A DNA stretch of 64,000 nucleotides, from the NCBI GenBank assembly GCA_951406725.2, contig OX597834.1, forward strand, positions 36,270,001 through 36,334,000, written 5' to 3'. Origin of the DNA: Octopus vulgaris. Taxonomy: Eukaryota. The position numbers and the translations under genes were made by a program. Below are positions 42,597-59,071 of this stretch, piece by piece. The notes beneath the pieces were generated by a model. The model was not told the DNA's origin. It did not search any database and worked only from the letters and a program-made list of their open reading frames with translations. Position 1 is the stretch's first letter. Every line of letters begins with the position of its first letter.

Positions 42597-42832
42597 TTTC
42601 ATTCTTTTACTTGTTTCAGTCATTTGACTGCGGCCATGCTGGAGCACTGCCTTTAGTCGAACAAATCGATCCCAGGACTTATTCCTTGTAAGCCTAGTAC
42701 TTATTCTATCGGTCTCTTTTGGCGAAGCGCTAGAATACAGGGACATAAACACAACAACATCGGTTGTCAAGCGATGGTGGGGAGACAAAACGGACACACA
42801 AACACGTACTCACACACACACACACACACACA

Positions 42833-42879
<47 letters not shown>

Positions 42880-43032
42880 ACGGGCTTCTTTCCGTTTCCG
42901 ACTACCAAATCCACTCACAAGGCTTTGATCAGCCCGAGGCTAAAGACACTTGCCCAAGGTGGCATGAAGTCGGACTGAACCTGGAACCATGTAGTTCTGA
43001 AGCAGGCTTCTTACCACATCACCACTCCTGCG

Positions 43033-43035
<3 letters not shown>
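42597..43035 (-). mobile_element. SINE family A
   Basis: Family A tail, core and head on the minus strand. Confidence 0.88.
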
Positions 43036-43086
<51 letters not shown>

Positions 43087-43231
43087 CATACATACATACA
43101 TACATACATACATACATACATACATAATACATACATACATACATACATACATACATACATACATACATACATACATGCATGCATACATACATACACACAT
43201 ACACACATACATACATACATACATACATACA

Positions 43232-43264
<33 letters not shown>

Positions 43265-43580
43265 TATGAAATTTATTGGCAGTAATTAGGTAGTCTGATT
43301 TCATTACTTTATAAATGCTTGCCCTTTTAACATAATGATATTACATTTTATTGCTCAGCTTTTCGTTTTCCATTATTGATGTGGGAACCATATTCATGTT
43401 GCAGGTCTTGCAAGCATTCTTTCCATATCCATGCCATATGTATGCTTGTGCACATGCACAATAGAATATGTGGTACAATGACATCAAACCGATGCAAAAC
43501 ATGCTATCTTAAAGATAGTGTGTTCGCTCTAGTATGTGTGTATGTGTGTGCACATAGACACACACACACACACAGACACG

Positions 43581-43625
<45 letters not shown>

Positions 43626-43878
43626 ACACACACACATATTTATACAGATACACCTATGTTTACTTCACTGGGAACTATAGCTGCTTCTAGTGCTTACAAA
43701 GTATGAAAGAGAGAGAGAGGGGGGAGAGAGGGAGAGAGGGACTATGAGGTGACGGAGAGGGTGAATATTCACCTTCAGGGAAGAGAACCACTCCAGGGCT
43801 TACATTATATCTTTTTTTTTCATTATCTTAAGAAGTCTTTTTTCCTATTCATGAAAAAGCATATGGTGTTTCCATATA

Positions 43879-43919
<41 letters not shown>

Positions 43920-44159
43920 TATACACAAATAGATATACATACACACACACCTCTGTGTGTGTATCAAAAGCAAGAGCCTGAATATAGTCACACCTTTAAA
44001 TATAAAGAATGTCAAGTCTAAACGCTACAGATCTGACGTTGTTCTTTGGAACAGACAGCAAAAGAACAAGCACAAATGTGGCAGTCGGTGAAGGGTTTGT
44101 CTAAAATTATAGAACATCAACGGTGAACTCTTTAATCCAGGATATAAATTATCTCCTAC

Positions 44160-44205
<46 letters not shown>

Positions 44206-44299
44206 GTATATACATGTATGTAGAGAGAGAGAGAGAAAGAGAGAGATGCATACATATATATACGTACATATACATATATACACATATATATATATATAT

Positions 44300-44330
<31 letters not shown>

Positions 44331-44362
44331 TACACACGCACACATACACATATATACATGTA

Positions 44363-44453
<91 letters not shown>

Positions 44454-45145
44454 ATATGTGTATGACTGCGTGTATACACACACACACACACACACATAGG
44501 TTGGATCAAATATGTTTGTGACATATTTCAACATCTAAAGTCAATGTCGCTTCACTTTATGATGGAGAAAAAAATTTTTCCTTTATGGTAAAAGGTATAA
44601 CGACACCATGAGATCAAAGCGCCCTCTGTCGACCGCTAGATGTGCGTATCTGGCTTTTTAGTCGTCTTTAGTAGCGGACACCAAAGAGAGGTAACCCTGA
44701 GCTGACAGAAATCCTTAACATTGTAATAAATCGGTAAATACTCCACGAGCAGCAGCTGATATCGAAGAGGACCGGCGACAGACGTCACAGGGCAGCATCC
44801 GCATCAATCCAATCAACAGACTGTCGTTGTGACATTTTTGGACGCCCGTGTGCTTCCAGCTTTGAACTGCGGAGTCACCTACGCCCTCATCGCTGAGAAC
44901 ACAGGTACACAGTCTTTGTCGTCACCGGAAATCAATCTTCTATCTACCAAATACTAGTTTTAGTGATTTGTGTACACGTAGACCACCCGGTCAGATCAAG
45001 TACATAAGTAACTACGCGAAGCAATGATGGAATATATACAAATGTTAGGTTAATTCAAGAACATACCTTTTCCAAATTCTCACTTAGACGTTTACTAACA
45101 AATCCAAGCATACCAGTTATTGTTATCAATGTGAATTTATAACCT

Positions 45146-45541
45146 ACTAGCAGTATAGCCTAGCGTTGCTCGGGCTTGTTTTCGTTCGACCCTTTAGAAT
45201 TGGAATTTTTGAAAAGTAAAAATTTTACATTATGTAGCTTGCTATTCTCTTTAAGTGAACATTTTTCTGGTTGAAATACACCAAAAAATGACGACACAGC
45301 AGTCAAAAAATTGTAAAAAATAGGGATTTTCATAGAAAAAAGCACCTTTTTGAAGTAAATAATTTTTGGTGTTAACATGGTCTGATTTGAATTTTTTCTT
45401 CTACGGAAGGAAGAGCAAGCCTTCTTCTATCATACTCTCAATTTTGGTCAACTTGCGCCGCAGGGTCTCGGAGGAGATAGTGTTAGTTGAAGGCTACCAA
45501 ACCTGCCATACACAGACAACTTCAGCTTTATATATATAGAG
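45146..45541 (-). mobile_element. Non-autonomous Helitron-like element
   Basis: The minus strand starts TCtatatatataaagc and ends with a hairpin plus CTAG. Its 3' end is shared with the 16655 element. Confidence 0.72.
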
Positions 45542-45899
45542 ATGTATAATTGCTAAAGATTTCGAAGCAGTTGTACGTACGTACGTATGTATGTATGTAT
45601 GTATGTATGTATGTATGTATGTATGTATGTATGTATGTATGTATGTATGTATGTATGTATGAATTGATATATTCATGTTGCAGTTCTTGCTAGCATTCTT
45701 CCCATATCCATGCCATATGTTTACTTATGCACATACACAATAGAATATATGAAAGAATGAGATCAAACCAATGTAAAACATGCTATCAATGTAAAACATG
45801 CTATCTTAAAGATGGTGTTCACTCTCGTATATGTATGTGTGTGTGGGGGGTGCATATACATATGCAGAGATGTGGAAAGGACGGGCACCTCTTGCAGCA

Positions 45900-46655
45900 G
45901 GCTTTCAGAAGGTTTGTCCCCCATGCTGACACACGCCTTCATTCCATCACGGAACTTGCCTTCGGGTGTTTAAACCTTAATCTGCAACCTTAATGTGCAA
46001 CACATAACAGAGATGTTAAGGATCAAGCAATGCCTGAGCTTGAACCTTTTTACACCGAGGAACGGTCTTACATAGGACCAGTCCCGATGTCTGAACCACA
46101 TATGCTTTTGTCTTAAAAGAAAAAATAAATCTGCAGCATTGGATGCAAACGAAGTCGTTAGTGTTTCATCAGAGATTTCTGTCACTGAAAGCGATATCTA
46201 ACCAATGACTAATGGCCCCTTATTCGTAGCTTTTGGATAGCCTTTAACTCTACTGTGTTAATCCAGATTTTGCTTTACATCCTGGAAGGGAGGTAACATC
46301 ATCTAGATTTTGTCTTACTCCTTGGAAGCTGCTTTATGAAGATTAACCTCCCTACAAAGAAGGCTCGGTAGGGCTTCATACATATATAGAGGGAATATTC
46401 AGCAATCCCACGATATCACGATTCGCTAGAATATTGGCTACGTGATTGACGAAATGTGAATAATCACGACTTGGAGTCGAATAGGCAGCAACAATGATTT
46501 TTTTTTCATTTGGCACGCTTCCTTCAGAGCCTGTCGAGCTGTATATATCAGTACGTCGTGAATACCAAGGCAGGGAACTTTGGGATGTAGCAGAGGGAGC
46601 CTTGATAGACACTCTAAGAGTTGACCAACAAAAACGGCGGACAACATCTGACAAC
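45900..46655 (-). mobile_element. Possible decayed Ty3/gypsy integrase fragment
   Basis: VVRRFCWSTLRVSIK and SHWLDI..EISDETLTTSFASN loosely resemble the integrase zinc-finger and core regions. Many stops. Confidence 0.3.
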
Positions 46656-46997
46656 ATATCCATGCATACATAGATGCATGTATGTATACATAGTACATAC
46701 ATACATACATACATACATACATACATACATACATACGTACGTACATACATGCATACATACATACATACATACGTACGTACATGCATGCATACATACATAC
46801 ATACATACATACATACATACATACATACATTCATGCATACATACATACACACGTACACACATGCATACATACATACATACATACATACATACATACATAC
46901 ATACATACATACATACATACATACATACATACATACATACGTACGTGGTACGTACGTACGTATATACATGCATACATGATTACGAACATACATACAA

Positions 46998-47066
46998 CTG
47001 AGGAAGGTCTTTGTAAAGGATGTATTTCCTTTTATATATTAACGAAATGATCTGAAACGTACATAT
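46998..47066 (+). ncRNA. Hammerhead core with long stem II; stem I lost
   Basis: CTGAGGA-[AGGTC...GATCT]-GAAA-CG-TA. The 5' side abuts CATA repeats and does not pair. Confidence 0.45.
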
Positions 47067-47366
47067 TAAATGAGTTCAAAATATTATTATTTGATTTAGC
47101 TTCATTATCAAAAGTTACATATAAACACACAAGAGTCTCTCTTTCTCTCTCCCCCTCTCTCTCTCTCTTTCTGTATGTCTCACTCTCTCTTCCTTTTTGT
47201 TTGTCTGTTTGTCTCTCATGCTCTCTCTGTCTCCATCTCCCTCTTTCTATGTGTCAATTTCTCTCTCTCATACACACACACACACACACACACATTTTCT
47301 CTATCTCTTTGTCACACACAAATTCACACACGCACAGAGACATACACAAATACACACACACACACA

Positions 47367-47402
<36 letters not shown>

Positions 47403-47814
47403 TACACACACATACATACACACACACACGTAGCCACAAACACAAAAACATGTACTCATATATACAAAACACGCATATAAATATACACGACATATATACA
47501 CAACAGAAACACACACAGAAGCACACACACACACATGCCAACAGAATACATATTTACAGATACAATTGCAGGCGTGGCTGTGTGGTAAGAGGATTGCTTT
47601 TAAGCCACATGGTTCCGGGTTCAGTCCCGCTACGTGGTACCTTGGGCAAGTGTCTTCAACAATGGCCTCGAGATGACCAAAGCAGTTGTCAAGCATAGTT
47701 GGGACCAACAGAGACAAAAATACACATACATACATACATACATACATACATACATGCATACATACATGCATACATTCATACATACGTACATACATACATA
47801 CGTACATGCATACA

Positions 47815-47848
<34 letters not shown>

Positions 47849-48194
47849 CATACATACATACATACATTCATACATACATACATACATACATACATACATA
47901 CATACATACATACATACATACATGCATGCATGCATGCATTCATACGTACATACATACGTACATGCATACATACATAAATACATACATACATACATACATG
48001 CATTCATACATACATACATGCATACATACATACATACATACATGCATGCATTCATACATACGTACATACATACATACATATATACATACATACATACATA
48101 CATACATACATACATACATGCATGCATGCATACATACATACATACATACATACATACATACATACATACATACATACATACATACATACATACA

Positions 48195-48224
<30 letters not shown>

Positions 48225-48225
<1 letters not shown>

Positions 48226-48555
48226 TATGGCTGCCCCCTCGTTATCGAGTATGGCCATTGCACGAAGCTTAACTGTTATTGGTGCAGTGATCGAACGTGA
48301 CTTTTTAGTCCAGCTAAAGATCTACAATGTCTTGTACAAAATTGGCAACTAAAACCTTTACTGGTAATAGCCGGCTGCAGTTGTAACTGGGCTTCATGTA
48401 CCTTTGCGTGTCGTTTAAGTCCTCCTGCCGAATTACACTCTCTTCCACATGCCCGACAGATATGATTAGTATGGTGTGTTACACCACCACCAGTGGCCAG
48501 GTTGTCACTCATCTGTCTCGTTTTATGACTACGAAGATGACTCATGAGTCCACAT
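48225..48555 (-). mobile_element. RTE-like LINE 3' end with C-terminal C2H2-type zinc fingers
   Basis: CRACGRECNSAGGLKRHAKVH and CQFCTRHCRSLAGLKSHVRSLH, then a stop, a short UTR and a (TATG)n tail. No splice sites seen. Confidence 0.65.
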
Positions 48556-48597
48556 AAATACATTCATGCATACAAACATACATACAAAAATACCTGG

Positions 48598-48696
48598 CTA
48601 TTGATGTTGAAATTCCAATGAAGGAGCCTTGGATCTAGGTTGGAAACCGGCTTCTTCCCTATTGGCAAGAAATCTTGAAATGGAACTGAATAATGT

Positions 48697-48697
<1 letters not shown>
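48598..48697 (+). mobile_element. RLE-LINE 3' UTR fragment
   Basis: gaaattccaatgaaggagccttggatctagg...ggcaagaaatcttgaaat matches the copies at 12050 and 41950. Confidence 0.72.
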
Positions 48698-48778
<81 letters not shown>

Positions 48779-49419
48779 CAGACGCACATATATACGGCGA
48801 GCTTCTCTTCAGTTTCCTTCTACCAAATCCACACACAAATCTTTGGTCGGCTCCTTCTTCACAAATCATTTCGTCCGTCTTAACATTTTGAGTTCAAATT
48901 CCGCCGGGGTCCACTTTGCCTTTTATCCTTTCGGGGTCGATAAAATAAGAACCATTTCGTCAAACTTGCTGGCCTCGTTCCAAAATTTAAAATCAATAAT
49001 ATTTAATCATAAAAAGGCAATAGGAATTTTAAAACTTCGAATGGCTATGGGGTGGCGGGGTCAAATAGAATAGAATAGGAACCAGAGGGGTACACAAACA
49101 AAGCATGTTTCAGAACCCCTGGTCTAAAAGTTCTTCAAGGCGGTGCCCCAGCATGGCCTCAACCTGATGCCTGAAAGAAGTAAAAGATAACAGATACACG
49201 TACACAATTATGTATACAAAAACTGCATGCTTCCACTTTCCTTTCTCTCTCCCTCACTCTTTCTCTCCTCACTCCTCTGTGTTTCTCTTTCCCTCTCTTT
49301 TTCAACCACAGGCCTACAAACACATCAATATACACACACACAGGTCTATATATACATGCATTTACACATACGCAGCTACATACATATTCATATATTTATA
49401 TATATACATACATGCACAT

Positions 49420-49450
<31 letters not shown>

Positions 49451-49479
49451 CGTAGATACATATACATATAAATATATAC

Positions 49480-49517
<38 letters not shown>

Positions 49518-49570
49518 GACTTTGTCCCTCTTAGTGTGAGGCATTTATGTGTAATAATGCCCTCTATACA

Positions 49571-49661
<91 letters not shown>

Positions 49662-49663
<2 letters not shown>

Positions 49664-50068
49664 CTGTGTGGTAAGTAGCTTGTTTACCAACCACATGGTT
49701 CCGGGTTCAGTCCCACTGCGTGGCACCTTGGGCAAGTGTCTTCTACCATAGCTACGGGCTGACCAAAGCCTTGTGAGTGGATTTGGTAGACGGAAACTGA
49801 AAGAAGCCCGTCGTATATATATGTATATATATATATATGCGTGTGTGTGTGTTTGTGTGTCTGTGTTTGTCCCCCTAGCATTGCTTGACAACCGATGCTG
49901 GTGTGTTTATGTCCCCGTTACCTACCGGTTCGGCAAAAGAAACCGGTAGAATAAGTACTGGGCTTACAAAAGAATAAGTTCCGGGGTCGAGTTGCTCGAT
50001 TAAAGGCGGTGCTCCAGTATGGCCGCAATCAAATGACTGAAACAAGTAAAAGAGTAAAAGAGTAAAGA

Positions 50069-50122
<54 letters not shown>

Positions 50123-50275
50123 CAGTCTTTTGCTTGTTTCAGTCAATTGACTGTGGCTTAGCTGGTGCACCGCCTATAGTCGAGCAAATTTGACCTCAAG
50201 ACTTATTCTGAAGTCTAGTACTTACTCCATCGATATTTTGCCGAACCGCTAGTTGACGAGGACCTAAACACACCT
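49662..50275. mobile_element. Full SINE A (+, 49662-50070) tail-to-tail with a SINE A 3' fragment (-, 50125-50275)
   Basis: Family A sequences in opposite orientation around a (TA)n tract. Confidence 0.88.
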
Positions 50276-50400
50276 TTTATATGTATGTATGCATGTATGT
50301 ATGTATGTATGTGGGTATGCATGTATGGATGTTTGTATGTATGTATGTATGTAGCTTTCATTTGCTTGTGCAAGGAACCGTATGTGTGCCACACACACAT

Positions 50401-50434
<34 letters not shown>

Positions 50435-50642
50435 GTATTTGTATACGTGTTGTGTATATGTAGATTTGTATATATATTCGTGTATACACAAAGCAGTTAT
50501 CGATTAGACGCAGAAGTTGTTCTCTCCCTGCGTATACATCTGAAGTCAGCATAACACGTGTGCATACACACATTCTGATCACGCTTACCTATTCATAAGA
50601 ATGCACGCATATATGTACCTGTAGACATACATATACGCGCAT

Positions 50643-50676
<34 letters not shown>

Positions 50677-50964
50677 GTATGCTTCTATGCATACACATAC
50701 ACACACACGCTCATGCATATACGCATAGACACACACATACACACACACAGACAAACCTTGTCTCACGTTCGCATTCATAGTTTCTATGCACGTACACACG
50801 CAAACTACAGAATTAGTCACGGACAATCTGCGGCCCGTGAGACTTTCTAAATGTCTCTCGCTCAAAGAAAAGTTGGCATTGATTTTTTTCTGTAGTGAGG
50901 CTTGCTTAATGACAAGCCATGTCTCCCGCGGCCCACTTATTGCCAAAGGGCAACCCAAGGCACA

Positions 50965-51032
<68 letters not shown>

Positions 51033-51042
51033 TGTGTGTGTG

Positions 51043-51073
<31 letters not shown>

Positions 51074-51103
51074 TGTGTGTGTGCTTATGTGTGTGTGCGT
51101 GCG

Positions 51104-51167
<64 letters not shown>

Positions 51168-51296
51168 TATGTGTGTGAGTGTGTAATTAAAACTCTCTCC
51201 AATACACACACACACACACACACACAAACACATGGATACGCACTTAAACAACGACACAGGCTATGCTCGCATGCACACACATAGTGAGCAGTACAC

Positions 51297-51345
<49 letters not shown>

Positions 51346-51644
51346 CCACACGTTAAACCGCGCGCGCCCGCAAACACAAACACGAGCCAACATCCACGAC
51401 AACAGATATCCGTATATACAGTTACGTGTTCAGCGCGTGATAAACCTTCACACAAACAGACACGAAAATGCACCAAATACTTGAAATTCATACACACGAA
51501 GACACATATACATACACGCACACACACGCACACACACATACATATACACACATTCTTTCTTTCTAATATACACATATGAGACTGTATAGGATTGTGTAAG
51601 TATGTTTGTATGTATGTATGCACGTAAATACGCATGTATGTAGT

Positions 51645-51941
51645 AGATACATACATACATACATACATACATACATGCATACATACATACATACATACAT
51701 ACATACATACATACATACACACATACATACATACACACATACATACATACATACATACATACACACATACATACATACATACACACATACATACATAGAT
51801 ACATACATACGTACATACACACATACATACATACATACACACATACATACATACATACATACATACATACATACATACACACATACATACATACATACAT
51901 ACATACATACATACATACATACATACATACATACATACATG

Positions 51942-51973
<32 letters not shown>

Positions 51974-52103
51974 CATATATACACACATACATACATACAT
52001 ACATACATACATACATACATACATACATACATACATACATACATACACACATACATACATACATACATACATACATACATACATACATACATACATACAT
52101 ACA

Positions 52104-52137
<34 letters not shown>

Positions 52138-52275
52138 CATATATACACACATACATACATACATACATACATACATACATACATACATACATACATACAT
52201 ACATACATACATACATACATACATAAACACATACATACATACGTACATACATACATACATACATACACACATACA

Positions 52276-52309
<34 letters not shown>

Positions 52310-52490
52310 CATATATACACACATACATACACACATACATACATACATACATACACACACATACATACATACATACATACATACATACACACACATACAC
52401 ACACACATACATACATACATACATACATACACACATACATACATACATACATACATACATACATACACATACATACATACATACATACAG
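51645..52490. repeat. Long interrupted (CATA)n array
   Basis: Directly visible. Similar arrays lie at 12365-12770, 47725-48222, 54340-54720, 58320-58660 and 63430-63965. Confidence 0.97.
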
Positions 52491-52665
52491 ACAGACAGGC
52501 AGACAGACAGACAGACATGTGAACGTATGTACGTACCTTTATACATACATGCATACATATATATATACATATATAAGTAGATAGATAGATATATAAATAG
52601 ATAGATAGATATAAATAATGTGAGTGAGTGCGTAATTAAAACTGTATATACATATATATATATAT

Positions 52666-52718
<53 letters not shown>

Positions 52719-52913
52719 TGTCGATGCAAACAGGAAAATAGAATTCAAAACAAGAGTATGTGGATATTTTTTATTGATTTTTAGTAGAAGTCAAAGAGTG
52801 TCTCGAGGGTTCAAGAGTTTCGTGTGTTGGCACTTAGGTTTGATGAAGGCCGACGCACCAAACCCTCGGGGCTTGAGTCACCCTGTTACTTCTGCTAAAT
52901 ATCAATAAAGATT

Positions 52914-52984
<71 letters not shown>

Positions 52985-53177
52985 AAACACAAACAAACAT
53001 ACACACAAACATACACACATGCGCACGCACGCACACACAAACATATACACATAATCATATATACGCACGCACACACACAAACATGCACACAAACTTATAC
53101 AGATATACACACAAATATACAAACACACACACATATATATAGAAAAAGAGATAGATAGACAGATATACAGACAGACG

Positions 53178-53290
<113 letters not shown>

Positions 53291-53356
53291 ACAGACACAC
53301 ACACACACAGACAGGCAGGCAGGCAGACAGGCAGACAGACAGACAGACAGACAGAC

Positions 53357-53412
<56 letters not shown>

Positions 53413-53438
53413 GGATAGATGGATGGATAGATAGATTA

Positions 53439-53475
<37 letters not shown>

Positions 53476-53490
53476 CAGAGAGGTGCATAC

Positions 53491-53542
<52 letters not shown>

Positions 53543-53707
53543 ATATATATACACACATATAGCGAAAATTCTTGAAAGCTAAATTAACAACACAAAGCAA
53601 CAGCCAAAACAGAACGATTCTATTTACCAAATATTGTGTATTTCTATGTTCGATATAAAACACGTAGCTATATATATATATATATGCCTATATACACTCA
53701 CTAATGT

Positions 53708-53749
<42 letters not shown>

Positions 53750-54088
53750 ACAGGTGAACTGAGAGAAGCTGACAAATAAAAGATAACGTGGATGATTCAG
53801 CTCTGTCGCCGTAGACATGATACAGAACTAATATGTAAACGGACCGACAAATAGTCATAAAGACAAACGTTTTACGAGTGTGTGCTTGTGTGTGTGTTTG
53901 TGTGTGTTTGTGTGTGCTTGTGTGTTCGTGTCTTTGTGTTTGGGTATATATATATGTATACGCACACACACACTCACGCACACATACGTATGTATGTATA
54001 TACACATATTTACTCATACACAAACGCACGATGTATACATACATACATACATACACACACACATATATATATATGTATAAAAAAATAC

Positions 54089-54134
<46 letters not shown>

Positions 54135-54353
54135 GAGAGAGATAAATGTATGTATATATATATGTTGCTATACTTTTGTCTGTATCTTTATACAAATGTA
54201 TGTATATATGTATGTGTACGTGTGTGTATGTATTTATACAATATATGTATGTATGCGTATACAAAATAAATACATATACATGTGTTTGCGTTTTTGTATA
54301 GGCGTATATATATCTATGTAGGTTATATATATATATGTATGTATGTATGTATG

Positions 54354-54385
<32 letters not shown>

Positions 54386-54461
54386 TATATGTATGTATGT
54401 ATGTATGTATGCATGTATATGTGTGTATGTATGTATGCATATATGTAGGTATATATGTATG

Positions 54462-54492
<31 letters not shown>

Positions 54493-54633
54493 ATATGTAT
54501 GTATATATGTATATATGTGTATATGTATGTATGTATGTATGTATATATGTATGTATGTATGTATGTATATATGTGTGTATGTATGTATGTACGTATGTAT
54601 GTATGTATGTATATATGTATGTATGTATGTATG

Positions 54634-54667
<34 letters not shown>

Positions 54668-54727
54668 TGTGTGTATGTATGTATGTATGTATATATGTGT
54701 GTATGTATGTATGTATATATGTGTTCC

Positions 54728-54762
<35 letters not shown>

Positions 54763-54843
54763 AATATATATATATATATGTTTGTATGTGTAATTGTATT
54801 TACATATATGTAAAAATTTGTGTGTATAATTATGCATGTATTC

Positions 54844-54880
<37 letters not shown>

Positions 54881-55204
54881 TGGGTAAATATGTGTCTATA
54901 TCTATCCATTTTAATGTATACATAAACATATGTGCGTGCGCGTGTACGCAATTGTGTGTCTGTGCGTGTGTGTGCGTGTGCACGCGTTTGTGTGTCTGTG
55001 TGTGTATGTGCGTGTGTGCGTGCGTGTGCGTGCGTGTGTGTGTGTGTACGCGTTTGTGTGTGTGTGTGTGTGTGCGTGTGTGTGTGTGTATTTGTGTGTT
55101 TGTGTGTGTGCATGTATGTCTGTATCAGTGTGCGTGTTTGTGTGTACGTGTATGCGTGTGCACGCGTTTGTGTGTGTGCGTATGTACGCGTTTGTGTGTG
55201 TATG

Positions 55205-55237
<33 letters not shown>

Positions 55238-55472
55238 TTGTGTGCGCGCGTCTATTTTCGTGTTTGTGTGTGTGTGTGTATATTACAGCGTGACTGTCAA
55301 CAGATAACGCAGCCAGAACGGCATTCAAATATGTATAGCTATACTTTATAACAATGCCGATGATTTTTGGTAACTCGGCAGATAGACAGCCGACAGGCAG
55401 ATAAGTCCAAGACAGATAAACAAATTAGTTCGGATGAGGAGATTATAAAGAATTCATTAGCATTTCACTTAC

Positions 55473-55557
55473 CCGTGAGTACTCTATGTGGAAGAAATCC
55501 AAACACAAACAGGGACACTGCACCGAATGTAAATATTCTAAGCGTGAAGATCGCCAT
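55473..55557 (-). CDS. Candidate first coding exon (signal peptide) of the Cys-loop/nAChR-like gene: MAIFTLRIFTFGAVSLFVFGFLPHRVLT+G
   Basis: Minus strand reads aaaaATGGCG...ACGG|gtaagt: good start context, 28 codons with a hydrophobic core, consensus donor. Its 85 nt end in phase 1, matching the phase-1 start of exon 3939-4090 (G+AA = Glu). An upstream acceptor (tatttctaaacag, about 55640) suggests a further 5' UTR exon. The link across 51 kb is inferred. Confidence 0.72.
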
Positions 55558-55799
55558 TTTTTGGAAGCTCTCTTAGATGTAATGTCCAGAACAGCTCGCA
55601 AAACAATGTGTAAACACTACATGCAATTCTCTGTTAATACTGTTTAGAAATAGATAGTTTTATACAGCCATTTGTCTATATATATAGATGTATTATCCTG
55701 TGTGCTTGCGTTTGTGCTTATATAAATATATGTACGTTTGTGGTGCGTGGTTCTTTTGTGACTATATCATGTATCACATTAACTGGATGGATAAACGGT

Positions 55800-56084
<285 letters not shown>

Positions 56085-56620
56085 GAGTCTGCAAGAAGAT
56101 GGATGGATATATAACGAAATGTTATATTCAAATATTCTGCCAAATTTCGTTTCTCATCTATCTATAACATAAACTGTTCTAGTTATGTTACAATTATATT
56201 ATAGCAATATTCATATCATGTTATATTACATCTATACTGTATGTTATCGTGATATTTTCTCTGTTATATATATATATATATATATTGCTCAAATGATCTA
56301 ATTGTTGTTAATTGTTATATTATATTTTTTTTCACATTATAATTCTATTCGTTTTATACTGGTGACGTTCTTGCGTATTGTTCTCGCAACACTGTTGGTG
56401 ATATTTTCCTCTCATGTTCTTGTATTATCCGATGAGTCGTTGTTGTGATTCCGTTGTTGCTGCTGGTGTTGTTGTTGTTGTTGTGTGCAAGCGTGTGCAT
56501 GCGTGTTCCTCGCTGCACAGTTACATAATAAACCTGGTGTTATTGTTTCTATGTATGTGTGTATTTATTTATTCATATATACATATATATATATAAACAC
56601 ACATATATATATACATTTGT

Positions 56621-56658
<38 letters not shown>

Positions 56659-56984
56659 GTCTATCTATACGTTCGTCTGTCTATCTTTCTCCGTGGTTTG
56701 TGTGTGTATGTATGTATGTGTGTGTGTGTGTGTGTGATCGTGTGCGCGCGTGCATGTGTGTGTGCGTGCGTGTGTATATGCATGCATGTGTCTGTAGAAA
56801 TGCCGTCACTACTACGACTACCACAGCTACTACTGCTGCTGCTACTAGTACTACTACTACTACTACTACTTTACTACTGCTACTGCTGCTGCTGCCCCTG
56901 CTGCTGCAGCCCGCTACACCAATCACAACAATAACAGCAACAACAAAGACTAGACACCCTTACAACTACTGCTGCTGTTGCTAT

Positions 56985-57020
<36 letters not shown>

Positions 57021-57111
57021 CGATAATAATAATGATGATGATGATAATAATAATAATAATGATGATGATGACGTTGATGATGATGATGATGATGATGATG
57101 GTGATGACGAC

Positions 57112-57147
<36 letters not shown>

Positions 57148-57259
57148 AATAATGATAATCCTTCCTTTTATAGGCACAAGGCCAGAAATTTGTGTGCAGG
57201 GGTGGATCGATCGCATCCACCTCAGTAATTGACTGGTACTTAAATTATCGACCCCCGAG

Positions 57260-57339
<80 letters not shown>

Positions 57340-57754
57340 GTACTTCTGCTGCTACTACTACTACTAAAAACATCAATAATAATAATAACAATAATTAATA
57401 AAAAATAATTTCATTTATTTGCCACGGAGTATCAATAATAATAATAATAATAATAATAATGATGTTGATGATGATGATGATCGATGGTGGTGGTGATGGA
57501 TGTTGTTGTTGTTGTTGGTGATGGTGGTGGTAGAGGTTGTGATGATGATGGCGGTGGTGATGATGAGGACAGTAGAATGAATGAATGAACGAATGAATGA
57601 ACGAAAGAATGAACGAAAGAATGAACGAGCGAATGAACGAATGAGCGAATGAACGAACGAACGAATACTATTTGGTAAAACGGCGTCGACATCAAACAGC
57701 GACAACAATCACAACGAATAAACAACAACGTTTAAACTACATGCAATAACACTG

Positions 57755-57788
<34 letters not shown>

Positions 57789-57976
57789 CGGTGATGATGA
57801 TGATGATGATTTCTTTTAATAATGACTACGACGACGACGACGATAATAATAATAATAATAATAATAATAATTACAACAACAACAATAACAACAGTAACAA
57901 CAACATTAATAATAATAAAAACAAAAATAATAATAATAATAATAATAATAACAACAACAACAATAACAACAACAAT

Positions 57977-58050
<74 letters not shown>

Positions 58051-58088
58051 TAATAATAATGATGATGATGATGATGATGACGATGATG

Positions 58089-58137
<49 letters not shown>

Positions 58138-58338
58138 TAATAATAATGATGATGATGATGATGATGACGATGATGATGATAATAATAATAAAACGGGCAC
58201 TGCCAGCACAGAAAGAGGAGTTAATTAAGAAGTAAAGAATAAAGAGAAAGACAAACAACGGTAGAAGGGAGGAGGGGAGGAGGAAATGTGTGTGTGTGTT
58301 GTGTTATGTACGTACGTATGTTTGTATGTGTATGTATG

Positions 58339-58371
<33 letters not shown>

Positions 58372-58917
58372 TTGTATGTGTATGTATGTATGTATGTATG
58401 TATGTATGTATGTATATATGTATGTATGTATGTATGTGTGTATGTATGTATGCATGTTTGTACGTATGTATGTATGTATATATGTATGTATGTATATATG
58501 TATGTATGTATATATGTATGTATGTTTGTATGTATGTATGTATGTATGTGTGTATGCATGTGTGTGTGTGTATGTATGTATGTATGTATGTATGTATGTA
58601 TGCATGTGTGTATGTATGTATGTATGTATGTATGTATGTATGTATGTATGCATGTGTGTATGTAAGTATGGCGAGAAAGTCGATGAGAAAGAGAGCGAAA
58701 TTAGAGAAAGAGAGAAAGAGAAAGAAAGAGAACCAGAGAAAGAGAGAGAGAGAGAGAGAGAAATGGGGGGAAGAGAACGAACGAGAGGGGGGTGCGGGAA
58801 GAATTCGTTCAGTTGATGGTTATAGATTTCAGTTAAATGCTGGAGGTTAATTGAGTCAAGATTCACCTCTCTCTCTCTCCCTCTCTCTCTCCCTCTCTCT
58901 CTCTCCCTCTCTCCCTC

Positions 58918-58990
<73 letters not shown>

Positions 58991-59027
58991 CTTATTCTTC
59001 ACAACTCTATCAGTATGTGTGTGTGAG

Positions 59028-59071
<44 letters not shown>

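Noticed and set aside
48276-48563. C2H2 zinc-finger host gene
   Set aside because: No splice sites or linker motif. It ends in a short UTR and repeat tail typical of an RTE LINE 3' end.
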